Part shown: positions 33,807 through 44,818 of the stretch, piece by piece
Position numbering within the stretch: the first letter of the stretch is position 1
Layout: every line of letters starts with the position of its first letter
Assembly: GCA_964019335.1 (NCBI GenBank)
Contig: OZ025654.1
Coordinates: 558,001 to 622,000 of the forward strand
Direction of reading: 5' to 3'
Source: Diplonema japonicum
Lineage: Eukaryota > Protista > Euglenozoa: Diplonemea
Length of the DNA: 64,000 nt
Notes under the pieces: model-generated
Seen by the model: only the letters and a program-made list of their open reading frames with translations
What the model was told of the DNA's origin: nothing
The model's database searches: none
Translations under genes and position numbers: made by a program

Positions 33807-35414
33807 CTACGGGTTGTTGGCCACCAGGACGGAATCCCAGAAGTCACATTGTGGCGTCCGTAGATGTGTGATGGGAAGCAACCCCTGGCCACCAAAGGCA
33901 GGGGCGATGTCAAGCACGACGAGATTCCCAATCGTTGCATTAAAGGGGAGGAAGGGAGGGGGGGCGTGCCCCGTGGCACCAAACGTCGCGAAAAGTGTCG
34001 ACACCGTCGAGGCCAGCTCCGTCTCCGGAGCCGAGGCGAATCCACAATGCGAGGGGGCGTACTTGCTGCAGTTGAACACAAACGGGAGGTCCGAAGCATG
34101 CGGAACAGTGAAAGCACCCTTACCACTCCCTGGCATGTACGTGGGTGTCTCAGTGGGGTGCACGAAGAAATACCCATAACTCACATCACTTTTCGACATG
34201 GCAGCTAAAGTACGTCTTGTGGGACATGTGAATTCATGGTCTGACTTGGCACGAAGCGCGGCCCACCACCAGAAGTCCATCCCACCCCTGTCTGATGGGT
34301 ACTCATACCGAGACTCCTGATAGAGTTCCATAAGCTGGTTCATCCACTTCCCGCTCGGATCGTGAGGCAGGTACGGGGCTAAAATGGAACGGAAGTCCTG
34401 CTCCGTCGCGTTGGGAAGCGGGGTATGCTCCGAGAGGAAGAAATACGCATACTCGTCCCTGTTCGAGCCTGCAAGGACAGTGATGTTACGAGCGTACCCA
34501 CCTGCTTCGAACACCTTCCATGGATGAGTCGTAAGTTCGACACCGTCGACCACAGGCGACCACGTGATGAATATACTGTTCGTCACATCGGGTAAGGTGT
34601 TCGAAGCCTTCTCCAGATCCTTGCTGGAAAGCGACCGCAGGCACGATGGGTCGGGACAGCTCGTCGCGTTTAGAATGTGTTGGTACACCGTCTCCGCCTG
34701 CGAAAGCGGCTTAGCAGACCATACAGAACCAAGTCCGGATTCTAAAATTGCGGAGGAGTATAACCCAATGGATTTCTTCATTGTTAGGTGATTTGTTACA
34801 GATCCTGCTCCGGCAGATTCGCCCCAGATGGCAACGCGTGAGGGATCGCCATTGAAGGAGGATATGTACGATTGGATCCATTTCATGGCTTGGCGTTGGT
34901 CTTGAATGCCGAAGTTGCCTATGGATCCGTCTGTCGGGGACTTCAGCGAAGTTGAACCAAGAAAACCGAAAACATTTAGACGGTAGTTGATGGTCACAAC
35001 GATGACGGGGGCATGGTTTCGTACCGAGGCTGCTGTCATCTGTGCTGCTGCGTAGCTGTTCGCGCACCCTGTTGAAAATGCGCCACCGTGGATCCAGAGC
35101 ATGACAGGGAGTGGTCCGTCGTTGCTCTTTCCTTTCGGTGTGAAGATGTTTGCGTACAAGCAGTCTTCGCTTTTCGGTACGTCCACGCACTCTGAGCCCA
35201 TGCACGTGTTCGCATACTTTGTTGCATCTCTAACCCCCTCCCACGCCTTCACCTGGCTCGGACCTTCCCACCTTACAGGTGGCTCTGAGTACGGTATCCC
35301 CAGATATTCGTCCACTTCCACCCCAAGCGCTCCTGTGGTGAGGCCCTCTACCTTACCCAGTCCTGCGATGTTGACGATGGTGCCTGTGGAGAGACAGGCT
35401 ATTAGGGCTAGCAT
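33807..35414 (-). CDS. Secreted type-B carboxylesterase
   Basis: YLGIPY, SEDCLY, WIHGGAF, NYRL and GESAG motifs; catalytic Glu (NRDE) and His (PHASDL). Confidence 0.95.
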   Translation of the reverse strand: MLALIACLSTGTIVNIAGLGKVEGLTTGALGVEVDEYLGIPYSEPPVRWEGPSQVKAWEGVRDATKYANTCMGSECVDVPKSEDCLYANIFTPKGKSNDGPLPVMLWIHGGAFSTGCANSYAAAQMTAASVRNHAPVIVVTINYRLNVFGFLGSTSLKSPTDGSIGNFGIQDQRQAMKWIQSYISSFNGDPSRVAIWGESAGAGSVTNHLTMKKSIGLYSSAILESGLGSVWSAKPLSQAETVYQHILNATSCPDPSCLRSLSSKDLEKASNTLPDVTNSIFITWSPVVDGVELTTHPWKVFEAGGYARNITVLAGSNRDEYAYFFLSEHTPLPNATEQDFRSILAPYLPHDPSGKWMNQLMELYQESRYEYPSDRGGMDFWWWAALRAKSDHEFTCPTRRTLAAMSKSDVSYGYFFVHPTETPTYMPGSGKGAFTVPHASDLPFVFNCSKYAPSHCGFASAPETELASTVSTLFATFGATGHAPPPFLPFNATIGNLVVLDIAPAFGGQGLLPITHLRTPQCDFWDSVLVANNP

Positions 35415-35538
35415 CTTTTTTTTTTTTTTCGTGTGTGTTTTTTTTTAATTCTCGCCACCCAGCTTTATCAATAGGATAGTTTGTAAAGAAAAAAGAAAAA
35501 TAAAAACGCAGGGAAAAAGAAGAAGAAGGAAAAAAGAG

Positions 35539-36306
35539 ATGAGATAAAGGAGGTTCCTGTCTTGGAACGTCCCCCTTGTCTCTACTTATCTACCCCTTTC
35601 TCCCTTCTGGGGCCTCGGCCTTTCTTTCTTTTCTGGCTGTGTTGCCTTTCTCAAAGTATCCTCTCTTTCTTCTTGCCACTTCCTGCCCAGTTTCTTAAGG
35701 TCCTTCTTGGTTTTCTCTGATGCAAAAACTGGCCTTCTGTTCCATCCCCGCTTGCCTCTACCTTCTTCTGTATGCGTGCTGTGTCCCACCCTTCTTGGAT
35801 TCTTTCCAGGAGGCCGTGGAAACTCCGCGCCTTCTTCTGTATCATGTCCAGATCACCCTTCTTCCCCGTGATCGGCTCGACGCCCAGCGTGTTCTCGAAG
35901 TCTAGTACGAGTTCCATTGTGGTGACTGTCGTCTTCCTCGGTCCATCGTACCACTTCAGCTTTCTGAGCCACTTGACGATGTCTTCACCGTGCTTCATCA
36001 TCAGGCTCATACCGCCCACTCAGCCATGATGGCCCTGCAGGCGACCTCTTCCTTCGCGCCCTTCACGGGCGCCTTCTTCCTTTCCCCTCCTTTCCCGCTG
36101 GCCGCCTCCCTTGGCGCCACCAGCCGCTGCATCGTCACCGTCCCGCCACTCACCTTCTTCCCCACCCTCTCCGCCCAGTTTAGGCCCTGCCCGTCCCGGC
36201 GCGTCTGCACCGAGCTTTGCTCGGTCCCAGGGGCACCGCTTGGAGGTGCGCCGGGTTTGCTTGCTGATTGCTCTGATTGATGTTCGCTCATGTTAGTTCC
36301 GCCCCC
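35539..36306 (-). mobile_element. Internally deleted non-autonomous non-LTR element
   Basis: 3' part is homologous to the LINE C-terminus (TTMELVLDFEN, GWNRRPVFAS) and 3' hairpin; 5' part is an ATG-initiated ORF start (36007-36291). Confidence 0.7.
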
Positions 36307-36459
36307 TTAAAAAAAAAAAGAAGAAAAAACACATCTCTAAAGCCATTCTAAAATAATTTTTAAAAAGGGGGGGGGGGAGAAAAGTGTGGCGTGGAAAAAT
36401 AAAAATCTAACAAAAAAAGGCTTTTCTTTTTGTTACCCAAAAAAAAAGAAGAAAAAAAT

Positions 36460-38955
36460 CTAAGGCATGGCGACCATGCGCCGCTTGTTGAGGGCTTCCC
36501 TTAAACAGTCTTCTGGCGAGGTTCTGTTGGCAAGTCGTGTGATGTCCTGCTCGGTCAGCTTGAAGGGGTGCGGAACAGAAGGCACGGTAGTGGGACGATG
36601 GTGCAGTGTATCTACTGTCATAGGCTTGGTGGGCGTGGTAGGTTGCGAAGAGAGGATGCGTGACCTCAATGTATGCTGTGTGCTGAGGATCTGTTGCGGT
36701 GCACAACTCGTGGCGTCGCTCACACTGAGAATAGTTGCCTCATTGAAATCCAACGGCTGCAATGGGCGCAGGCCGTCTAAGTCCGATCGCAGAGGTGTCA
36801 CCTCACAACCAATAAGTTCAGGTGCAACAAGCTCTGGGGTTCTCTCAGTCCGTCGCTCAGCCAACACGAAACTGTCCTCTGGCATCACAATTTCCACTAT
36901 TTCAGGTTCAGGTTCAGGTTCAGGTTCAGCGTGTGAAGCAAGTGCGTATTCTATCTTCGCATAGGTAGCCTCCAGCTCTGCATCAATGTGCACTACTTCT
37001 GTTTGCTCTTGAGTCCGTAACGACTGCGGCACTTCTTCAATCGGTTCATCTTCTCGGATTTCATTTTCCGGCTCTGTCCACCCCAGCCAGTTCACCTCTC
37101 CCAAGTCCTCTGTTTCATTGTTGTCACATTCGTCGGGCATTGCGTGTGCGTGCTGCATCTTCCATTCCCTCACACTCGAGAACTCTGTGTCGTTCCGCCT
37201 AGACCATTCTACCTGCTTTGTTTGTTCTTCCCACAACCTCTCTTTTTGCAGCCTCTGATGCTCTAATTTGAAGTGCTTTTCCCTCTCCCTCATCATTTCT
37301 TCCTCTCTTGCCTTTTCCATCTGGTCTTCGACCTCCTTTGTTGCGGCCTCCTCTTCCCAACTTGTGTCCAACATCGATAGATGCACTGGCGCTGCAAGCT
37401 GCTGGTTCACACGTTCCTCCGCCTCCCGCAGGCGGGCAAGGATGTTCTTCAGCGGCTGCTGTATCGGCAATGGGGTCGCATTGTGCCTAGCATGTGTTGT
37501 AGTCGCTTTGGCTTCAAGCCTTGAAATATTCAGTTGGCTGTGGGCAGTCCCATCTTCTGATGCCGCTTGGTAGGGGAGAGCCTCACCAGGGCTCACCGGG
37601 GGCAACGGCGACTTTGCTGTGTTGCGCTCCTTGATCGTTGTTTTCTGTGTGTATCCCTTCAAGGGTTCTTCTGTCGCCAAAGTGGGTTGCTTTTCAGTAT
37701 TTGAAGCATCCGATAGTATCTGCGAGCACTCGGGGGCGGTGGGTGACTGCCTCCCACTGTGCGAGACGCGAACCTCCCTCAGAACGGGTTCGCTGACTTC
37801 AAACACGCGTTCAGGCGAAGGGCTTATTTCCGACAACGTCGACGGCGAGTCAAGGCATTCCATGTTCCTTTCCTGTATTATCACCGGCTCCTGCACCATG
37901 GGCGAGGGCGCTGCGGCAGGAGGCTCCGCAACAGCAGGCGACGGCGGGAGCACTTCCCTCACAACATTCTTCGAAGGAAGCACTTCGTCGAAGATAACAG
38001 GAGCAGCGGGCTCTGTGGGCATCGCGACGAACTCTCCATTTCTTACCACAAGTTCTTCTGCTATCGGAGATCCTGCCACCTCGCGGATAGGAAGGCTCTG
38101 CAAAGGTGTCTCAGCATCCACAGAGTGCTCGTCCACATCAACGTCTCTGGACGTGTGTACACGCATGCTGATGTGAACATTAGGTCTTTCAACCTCTGCG
38201 CTTGGGGCTGCTTGGCTCGCAAAACGGCGGGGGATACGTTCCCCTGTCTCCTCACCTGGGGGGAGGTAAAGGCTGTCTTCAGGGACGGGAGGAACAGGGG
38301 AGATGACATTTCGGAAGACAGGGGGCTCATCAGGGGGCGCAGCGGGGCTTTTAAGAGACCGGAGGGGGACGAAGATGGTGTGATCATGAGGTGCTAGGCG
38401 GTTGTAGATGGGCGGGTGGTGAATGGAGAGAGTTCGACCACCAGGTCCGCCGGGTTGCCGGCAGGGGAGGTGCGAGATCCGGAGATCGTGTTCAGAGTGC
38501 ATAGACTGAACAGGAGAGATGGCAGGCGAGTGAGGAGGTGTGTATTTAATGGACCGCACAACACGCGAAGGTGTTGCTGTGGAAGGCGTGACAGTTTGGA
38601 TACGAGGGGACTGTTCACCGTTCCAGGCACTGCCATCGCCCCGAGACTGTGAGGATGGCGATCCTCGCATGGGCGTCTGCCCCTTCACACCTGACCGCCG
38701 CAATGTGTCAAGCGCAGCACGCATCTCTTTCTGCGACTCTGACGGCAACAGCACTAGCTGCCTCTCATCCAACCCCATCAGCTTCTCCCCGTTTACTCCC
38801 GCCTCTGAGAGCCGTTTCCTTGTCCGTTTCTTCAGCCCAACATCCACCCCCCACTCTGCCACGTCTCGCCTGCTCCACTCCTTCACAGGCATCTCTAAAT
38901 ATGCAGGCGGCCCATCGCGCTTCTTCGACTTTGAGTGGGAAAAGCACGAAAACAT
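36460..38955 (-). CDS. SAM-domain protein with long disordered/coiled-coil region
   Basis: PVKEWSRRDVAEW..GL..VNGEKLMGL resembles a SAM domain; intronless 831-aa ORF. Confidence 0.78.
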   Translation of the reverse strand: MFSCFSHSKSKKRDGPPAYLEMPVKEWSRRDVAEWGVDVGLKKRTRKRLSEAGVNGEKLMGLDERQLVLLPSESQKEMRAALDTLRRSGVKGQTPMRGSPSSQSRGDGSAWNGEQSPRIQTVTPSTATPSRVVRSIKYTPPHSPAISPVQSMHSEHDLRISHLPCRQPGGPGGRTLSIHHPPIYNRLAPHDHTIFVPLRSLKSPAAPPDEPPVFRNVISPVPPVPEDSLYLPPGEETGERIPRRFASQAAPSAEVERPNVHISMRVHTSRDVDVDEHSVDAETPLQSLPIREVAGSPIAEELVVRNGEFVAMPTEPAAPVIFDEVLPSKNVVREVLPPSPAVAEPPAAAPSPMVQEPVIIQERNMECLDSPSTLSEISPSPERVFEVSEPVLREVRVSHSGRQSPTAPECSQILSDASNTEKQPTLATEEPLKGYTQKTTIKERNTAKSPLPPVSPGEALPYQAASEDGTAHSQLNISRLEAKATTTHARHNATPLPIQQPLKNILARLREAEERVNQQLAAPVHLSMLDTSWEEEAATKEVEDQMEKAREEEMMREREKHFKLEHQRLQKERLWEEQTKQVEWSRRNDTEFSSVREWKMQHAHAMPDECDNNETEDLGEVNWLGWTEPENEIREDEPIEEVPQSLRTQEQTEVVHIDAELEATYAKIEYALASHAEPEPEPEPEIVEIVMPEDSFVLAERRTERTPELVAPELIGCEVTPLRSDLDGLRPLQPLDFNEATILSVSDATSCAPQQILSTQHTLRSRILSSQPTTPTKPMTVDTLHHRPTTVPSVPHPFKLTEQDITRLANRTSPEDCLREALNKRRMVAMP

Positions 38956-39141
38956 TCGCTAGCCTCACCCATCCTTTGTGAGTTAGTTGCTTGACAGAAA
39001 CAATGACTTATTGAAGAGGGGGGAGGGGCATACAACTAGAAAAGAGGGGGGAAAACAGTTTCTACAGAAAAGGGGGGAAATAAAATTTTGACACGGGGAA
39101 GGGGGGAACTTACAACATGGAAGGAGCCCATTCTATTTACT

Positions 39142-41802
39142 TCAAGAAGCGGTGATGGAAGCGAACTGGTTGCGAAGGGAGTTGAGGGTGTCTTCGGCCT
39201 GCTGCCGACGGCGGTCGGCGTCCGTGAGCTTGTGCGAAAGAGAGCGCGCAGTGGACTCGGCTTCTTCCCGTTTGATAGTTATGTCTGCGATGCGGCTAGC
39301 GGTGGAGTCACGGAGGGACGCTGCCTGGGTTTCGGAGGCAGATGCACGCTCAGATTCTTCTTTGAGGCGTGTGTGTATGGTTTGGTTGGCACGCCTCTCT
39401 TCTTGCAACTGTCCGTGCAGCTCGTTCACTTCTTCGCGAAGGCTAGCTGCCTCTTCAAATGCAAGTTGCGTACGCTTCCGCTCTGCAGACAGTTCCTCGA
39501 CGAGCTTGTCGCGCTGCTTCTTTAAGTCATTCACAGCTGAAGCTGATACCGCAAGATCGCCTACTGTGTCTGCCAGCTCACCCATGGACCCCCCGCCCTC
39601 TCTCACAGTGTGCATTACCAGCTGCTCTCGTATCCTGTGGGAGTCTTGCTTTAATGCCTCGTTCTCTTGCACCAAGCTCTTCACCTTTCCCTGCCAAAAT
39701 GACACCTTCGTCTCCGCATCCCTCAGCCCGTTCAGTTCTTCAAACACAGCCCGTCGCTCTTCCTCACTCTGTTGCAGGGCCGCCTCCAGCTCCTTCATTC
39801 TCTGCATGTCGAACGTCTGCTGCACTGCGACAGATCTCAACTCTGTAAGCTCGTTCTGAAATGCAATGTTCTCCGGAGACACCACCTGCCTGCGAAGCAT
39901 GGCAACCTCCTCCAAAAGCTCTTCTGTAAGCGCCTGCGAGGCGGTCTGCTCTTTCTTCTCTTGCTCCTCCTCCTCGACAGGTGCCTCTGCTACCTTCACG
40001 GGTTCCAGCAACGAAATGTTATGCCGCAGCACATTCCCCTCGTGTAAGTACAAAGTCTCCGTTGCCCGCCACTCGGGTGCAGTCCACGCCACCAAGATCA
40101 TCCCCGCCTCCTCATCAAAGACTGCCGTCTTCAGATCCAGCCCCTTTCCGCCGGACATCCCTGGCACGCTCTTTGCCAAGTCCACTAACACCTCAGCCGC
40201 ACCCTGCACATCGTAATATGTGTTTTTGTGCCCTTTCTTGAAGTAGTGCACAGTCGCGTTCTTGTACTTGCCTGCCACCTCCAGGCTGTCATGAAGCCTA
40301 GCTAAGTACAGCTTATCCCATACAGCTTGAAGGGTTTGAGGCGATGCATTTGCAGGTCTGTCGGGTTCCGTGGATGTTAGACGCTGCAAGTCTGCGATAG
40401 CTGCTTGCATCTTCATCGCTAAAGGCTCGACTGTGGGACTGGCTGCCCTCGCAGGTATTTCTTCGAGCTGCTGTTGCATCTGCTGCAGTTGCTGCTGCTG
40501 CATGTGTAGTTGCTGCTGTTGCTGTACCTGGTTGGCTGAGGAGCGTACAGTCATCATTTCACTGTTCTTCTGCATCTGCTGTCTTAGGTAGTCCAGTTCA
40601 TCTTGCATGAGGCGGAGTTGCTGGCTTTGGCCTTGCGGAATAGCAGGAGCAGGGCTGCTGTCCACCCTTTGGGGAACTAGGATTGGTGTGAACTGCCGAC
40701 CGGGAGACACAGGTTGGGGTAATGGCTGTGATGCTTGCAACTGCTGCGACATCATCATGAGCTGCTGTTGCAACTGGGTATTTTGAGCGGCCAGCTGTTT
40801 GTTGCTATTTTCAGCTTGTGTCAGTAAACCATCCTTCTCATCGAGGAGCTTGTAAAGCAGCACATCCTGCCCACTTGAAACTACATGGCTCGGCTGCTGG
40901 ATCACTTGGTTCGTCTTCGAGAGTGCTTCCAGCTCGCTGCATGCGTCAACATATAACTGAGCACCTTTCTGCACAGCAGACTCGAGACGTCCGAGCTCCA
41001 GAGCGGTGTTGGTCGAGTGCTTGCGTTCCATCTCCAGCTCCTGCGTGAGCTTATCAACGTCTGTCTCAAGACGGGTGTTCGTGGACATGGCGTTCTCGAG
41101 GCTCCCCCTTGCGAAGTCGACCTGCCCCTCCATGCGTTGTATGAGGCTGTCCTTGGAGTTCGAGATGTCCTCCAGATCCTTCAGGCGAACTTTGAATGTC
41201 TCCGCCTCTGCAAGCAACGCAAGCTCGCGTTCCTTCAGTCGCTCTTCCATGAACCTCATCTCACCCTTCAGCTCGCCTTTCATGGAATCGACTTGTTCCG
41301 CAGTCCGCTTTTGTTCGTTTAGCTTTTCTTCGACCTCGACGACTTCCTGTACCTTTTGGTGGTAGTCTCTCCCGAGCTGTTCGTACTGCTTGAGGAGGTA
41401 CTCTTGGCCGTCTTTGAGCCCGTTGATCTCGTTGGTGAGGACCTCGCTTCGTTCTTGTTCGTGTTGGAGCTTGGCGCGGAGTTCGTCAGCTACCTTGCCG
41501 TGCTCCTCGGCCTTAGAGCGCTCTTGTGCGAGGCCGAGGTTGAACTTAACGTCGTGGTTGCGCAGGGTTTCCAGTTGTAGACGCAGTTGTAGCTGTTCTT
41601 TCAGTTTTTCAGCACCTCCAGTCGCCCACGTCATGATAGAGGGGTGTGCCTGTTGTGGTTGTGGTTGCTGCGTCCTCTGCGCTGCCATCTGCAGGTACTG
41701 GTCCTGCGCTTGTGCCTGTGCCTGCTCTTCCAACATCCTCGCTTCCTGCCTCTTTTGCAGCTCCGCTGTGTACGTCCCTAGCCACTGTGGCGGGATAGAC
41801 AT
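39142..41802 (-). CDS. Long coiled-coil protein with a central globular (possibly NTF2-like) domain
   Basis: 886-aa ORF with heptad-rich E/Q/L composition. Confidence 0.78.
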   Translation of the reverse strand: MSIPPQWLGTYTAELQKRQEARMLEEQAQAQAQDQYLQMAAQRTQQPQPQQAHPSIMTWATGGAEKLKEQLQLRLQLETLRNHDVKFNLGLAQERSKAEEHGKVADELRAKLQHEQERSEVLTNEINGLKDGQEYLLKQYEQLGRDYHQKVQEVVEVEEKLNEQKRTAEQVDSMKGELKGEMRFMEERLKERELALLAEAETFKVRLKDLEDISNSKDSLIQRMEGQVDFARGSLENAMSTNTRLETDVDKLTQELEMERKHSTNTALELGRLESAVQKGAQLYVDACSELEALSKTNQVIQQPSHVVSSGQDVLLYKLLDEKDGLLTQAENSNKQLAAQNTQLQQQLMMMSQQLQASQPLPQPVSPGRQFTPILVPQRVDSSPAPAIPQGQSQQLRLMQDELDYLRQQMQKNSEMMTVRSSANQVQQQQQLHMQQQQLQQMQQQLEEIPARAASPTVEPLAMKMQAAIADLQRLTSTEPDRPANASPQTLQAVWDKLYLARLHDSLEVAGKYKNATVHYFKKGHKNTYYDVQGAAEVLVDLAKSVPGMSGGKGLDLKTAVFDEEAGMILVAWTAPEWRATETLYLHEGNVLRHNISLLEPVKVAEAPVEEEEQEKKEQTASQALTEELLEEVAMLRRQVVSPENIAFQNELTELRSVAVQQTFDMQRMKELEAALQQSEEERRAVFEELNGLRDAETKVSFWQGKVKSLVQENEALKQDSHRIREQLVMHTVREGGGSMGELADTVGDLAVSASAVNDLKKQRDKLVEELSAERKRTQLAFEEAASLREEVNELHGQLQEERRANQTIHTRLKEESERASASETQAASLRDSTASRIADITIKREEAESTARSLSHKLTDADRRRQQAEDTLNSLRNQFASITAS

Positions 41803-42153
41803 CCTCCACCTCCTGGGTGTTTGAACGTGTGGATATAGGTTATTAAAAAATATGGATAATTGTTTCTTTTAAATCCTGGAATCCCGCTTTACACTTCTTT
41901 CTGTTACCTCTTGTTTACGTTCATGTAGATAAATATGGGGGGTTCGAAAAAGGAAAAAGGTTTACCATTTCTTTATTTCAGGGAAAGGGGAAAAAAAGAG
42001 AAAGAAAAGAAGAAGAAAAAAACGTTCACGTAAAAAAAACCTTTTTTTTTGGAAAACCTCGAGTGACATATAAACCGTATAAAAAAAGAAGAAAAAAAAA
42101 CAAGGGAAAATGTCTTTTGCACGGATCTCTCAAAAAATACGCCCTCCCCGTCC

Positions 42154-43140
42154 TCACACTACCTTGAGGATAATCTTGCCGATGTTGGCGTTGGTCTCCA
42201 TGTACTCATGAGCGGCCTGGGCCTCCTCAAGGGTGAATGTCCTTTTGTCAAATACAGGCTTGAACGAACCGTCGGCGAGCTTGGGCAGCGAGGAGGAAAT
42301 GAAGTCGGAGACAAGGGAACGACGGTAGGAAAGGGACCTTGAACGGAGCGTGGTGGCGGTGAGGTTGAGGCGCTTGCGAAGGAGCAGCGCGAGGAAGGCA
42401 TCGGGGGGGGTCGGGGTGGGGCCACCCATGAGCCCGTACAACACCCACCTGCCGTCCACATCGAGGGCATTGATGTTAGCAGCCGAGTAGCTGCCACCAA
42501 CAGGGTCTAGGACGAGATCGGCCGCACCAATATCACTTGCTTTAAGCTGCTCATCCCATGCTGACTCCTTGTAGTTCAAACCCAACGAGGCACCAAGGGA
42601 CAGCGACGTGTCAAGCTTTTCCTTAGAACTCGCTGTCGCCACGACCTTAGCACCAGCGGAGACTGCAAGTTGTGTAGCAGCAGTGCCAACACCGGATCCA
42701 GCAGCATGAACCACCACCCTGTCGCCTTCTTGTACCTTACCAACCAGGTGAAGAAGCTGGAATGCCGTCAACCATGTCTCTGGGATGCCTGCAGCGTTCT
42801 CCAGTGAGAGGTTCTCAGGGATTTTCATCAGCAGCTGTTCGTCGATGGTGGTGTATTCTGCGTACCCGCCCCCGCTCAGCAGGCCCATCACCCTGTCGCC
42901 GTCCTTCCATCTCGAACCGTTGCCCACCACCACTCCAGACATCTCAAGTCCTAGAATGTCCGTCACCCCCTTCGGGACGGGGTACTTCCCCATTCTCTGC
43001 AACGTGTCGGCTCTGTTAATAGCTGTTGCGTGAATCTTCACCAGAACTTCGGACTCAGCAGGGACCGGTACAGGCCTGTTTGCCACAACAAGCTTCCCTG
43101 CCTCAGCGATGACAGCCCTCATGGTAGACGGGGTCGACAT
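42154..43140 (-). CDS. NADPH quinone oxidoreductase, PIG3/zeta-crystallin family
   Basis: AINRAD..QRMGKYP, LGLE.SG, GGGYAEY, IPETWLTA, HAAGSGVG and NIGKIIL motifs; true start MSTPSTM at 43140. Confidence 0.93.
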   Translation of the reverse strand: MSTPSTMRAVIAEAGKLVVANRPVPVPAESEVLVKIHATAINRADTLQRMGKYPVPKGVTDILGLEMSGVVVGNGSRWKDGDRVMGLLSGGGYAEYTTIDEQLLMKIPENLSLENAAGIPETWLTAFQLLHLVGKVQEGDRVVVHAAGSGVGTAATQLAVSAGAKVVATASSKEKLDTSLSLGASLGLNYKESAWDEQLKASDIGAADLVLDPVGGSYSAANINALDVDGRWVLYGLMGGPTPTPPDAFLALLLRKRLNLTATTLRSRSLSYRRSLVSDFISSSLPKLADGSFKPVFDKRTFTLEEAQAAHEYMETNANIGKIILKVV

Positions 43141-44242
43141 GATGCTTTTTTTTTTATTTTCCTCCCTCTTTTTTTTTTTTTTTTTGGAATCAAAAAAAAA
43201 AAAGAAAAAAGAATAATATTTTTTATGCGAAAAGTAGGAGGCGGGGGGTTTTCGTTTTTCTAAAAAAAAAAGGAACTTGTTGCCCGACAGCCCTTTTTTT
43301 TGGGGGGGGGTTGTTTTTTCGCTTGAAGGCAGTGGGAAGGGGGAAGAAAACCTAGAGAAGTCTATAAAGTACAAAGCTTTTTGCAGAGAGCTCGTCTGAA
43401 GGCGAGCGTTCTGAAAGGCGCGGATCTCTGTGCACCCAATGGTTCAATATTCTTGGGGGTCCCAAAAAAAAAGAAGAAGAACCAGGCAGCTATCCTGTAT
43501 GGCGCTACGGTCACAAATCATTAAAGCCAAGTAAAGAAGACTTCTTGTAACACATAACTGACCAACGCATTCTTCTTTTTTTTTGATAATTACTATTAAG
43601 CGCTTTCAAAAAAGAAAGAAAAAATAAAATAAAATAAACTAAATCACATAAAAAGGGAGGGAAAAGAGGGGGGGGAAATAAGCAATCCAGCCTCAAAGCA
43701 ATGAGCAAACGCAAATGAAAATACAGAAAAACTGAACTGTAAAAGAAAGAGGGGATAATGCACTTAGCGGAAGGGAGGAAGAAGAGGGGGGAGGTGGTAA
43801 AAAAAAAAAGATCTTTATTTCTTGGCAAGAAAATCAACAGTAAAGGCACAATGCTGAGCTAAGTTCTTAAAGGGATTAGCTTTAAAGTCAAAGGGCCGCT
43901 GTTGATTTTACTTTCTTTTTTTTCTCACTTTTTCTCAAACAGAAAACGAAGGGGGGGAAAAAAATACCAAAAGAGCGAAACAAAATAGTACTTCATCTCA
44001 CACCATGAAGGATCTTGTTTTTGATTCTTCTTTTTTTTTTTTGATTGCTTGACAACGACCCTTATATTCATTCACTTGAACGCCACTTCATGACATCAGC
44101 CTGAAATTCACGATGCCTTTCTGTGTTTTTTAGACGTAAAAAAAACAAACAAGAAAGAAGGGGAAAAGAGGGGGGGAAACCCGCAATCCACTTTACCAAA
44201 CACCTGTTGACCCGGGTTTATATGTAACAACAACATTTCATC

Positions 44243-44276
<34 letters not shown>

Positions 44277-44347
44277 CAAATATGATGCAACGAACCCCAT
44301 CAACGAGAACGAACAAAACGGGAAAAAAAGAAATATTTATGTTGTGA

Positions 44348-44412
44348 CATGATTTAAAGGAAGTCGTTGCGAGACACCCCTTTGTTCTCATCTACTACCT
44401 GCACCTATCCCC
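44348..44412 (-). mobile_element. Solo 3' end of non-LTR family 1
   Basis: Matches 707-771 (taaaggaagtc..gagac.cccc.ttgttctcat..ctacctgcacctatcccc). Confidence 0.8.
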
Positions 44413-44818
44413 TAAAAAAGGGGGGGAGGAGATACGCCTGATACGATAACAAACGACAACAAGCAGTGGCGAGGGACATTTGGCTTCTTCTTCTCCCACC
44501 GCTTTTTTCAGTTCACGTAACGGCGTAGAAGAAAGAAAGAGAGAAAGGGAAGGGAATGGGAAGTTTTTTTTCTTCTTTTTTTTTTGCTCCGTGGGTATTT
44601 CTGTCCCACACAAAATACAATAGACAAACAGCTGAGCCACAACGAAAGGGGGTGTTATAGAAAATGGGGAATTTGGTAGCAAGGGGGAATTAAGCCACAA
44701 AAACAACAATAAGCTTAAGCACAGTACTTGGGGTGGAGAAGGAAGTGAGAAGGGAGGGGGAATAAATCGCAATGCAAAGCAGAAAATAATGAATTTTTTC
44801 TTCTTCTTTTTTTTTTTT

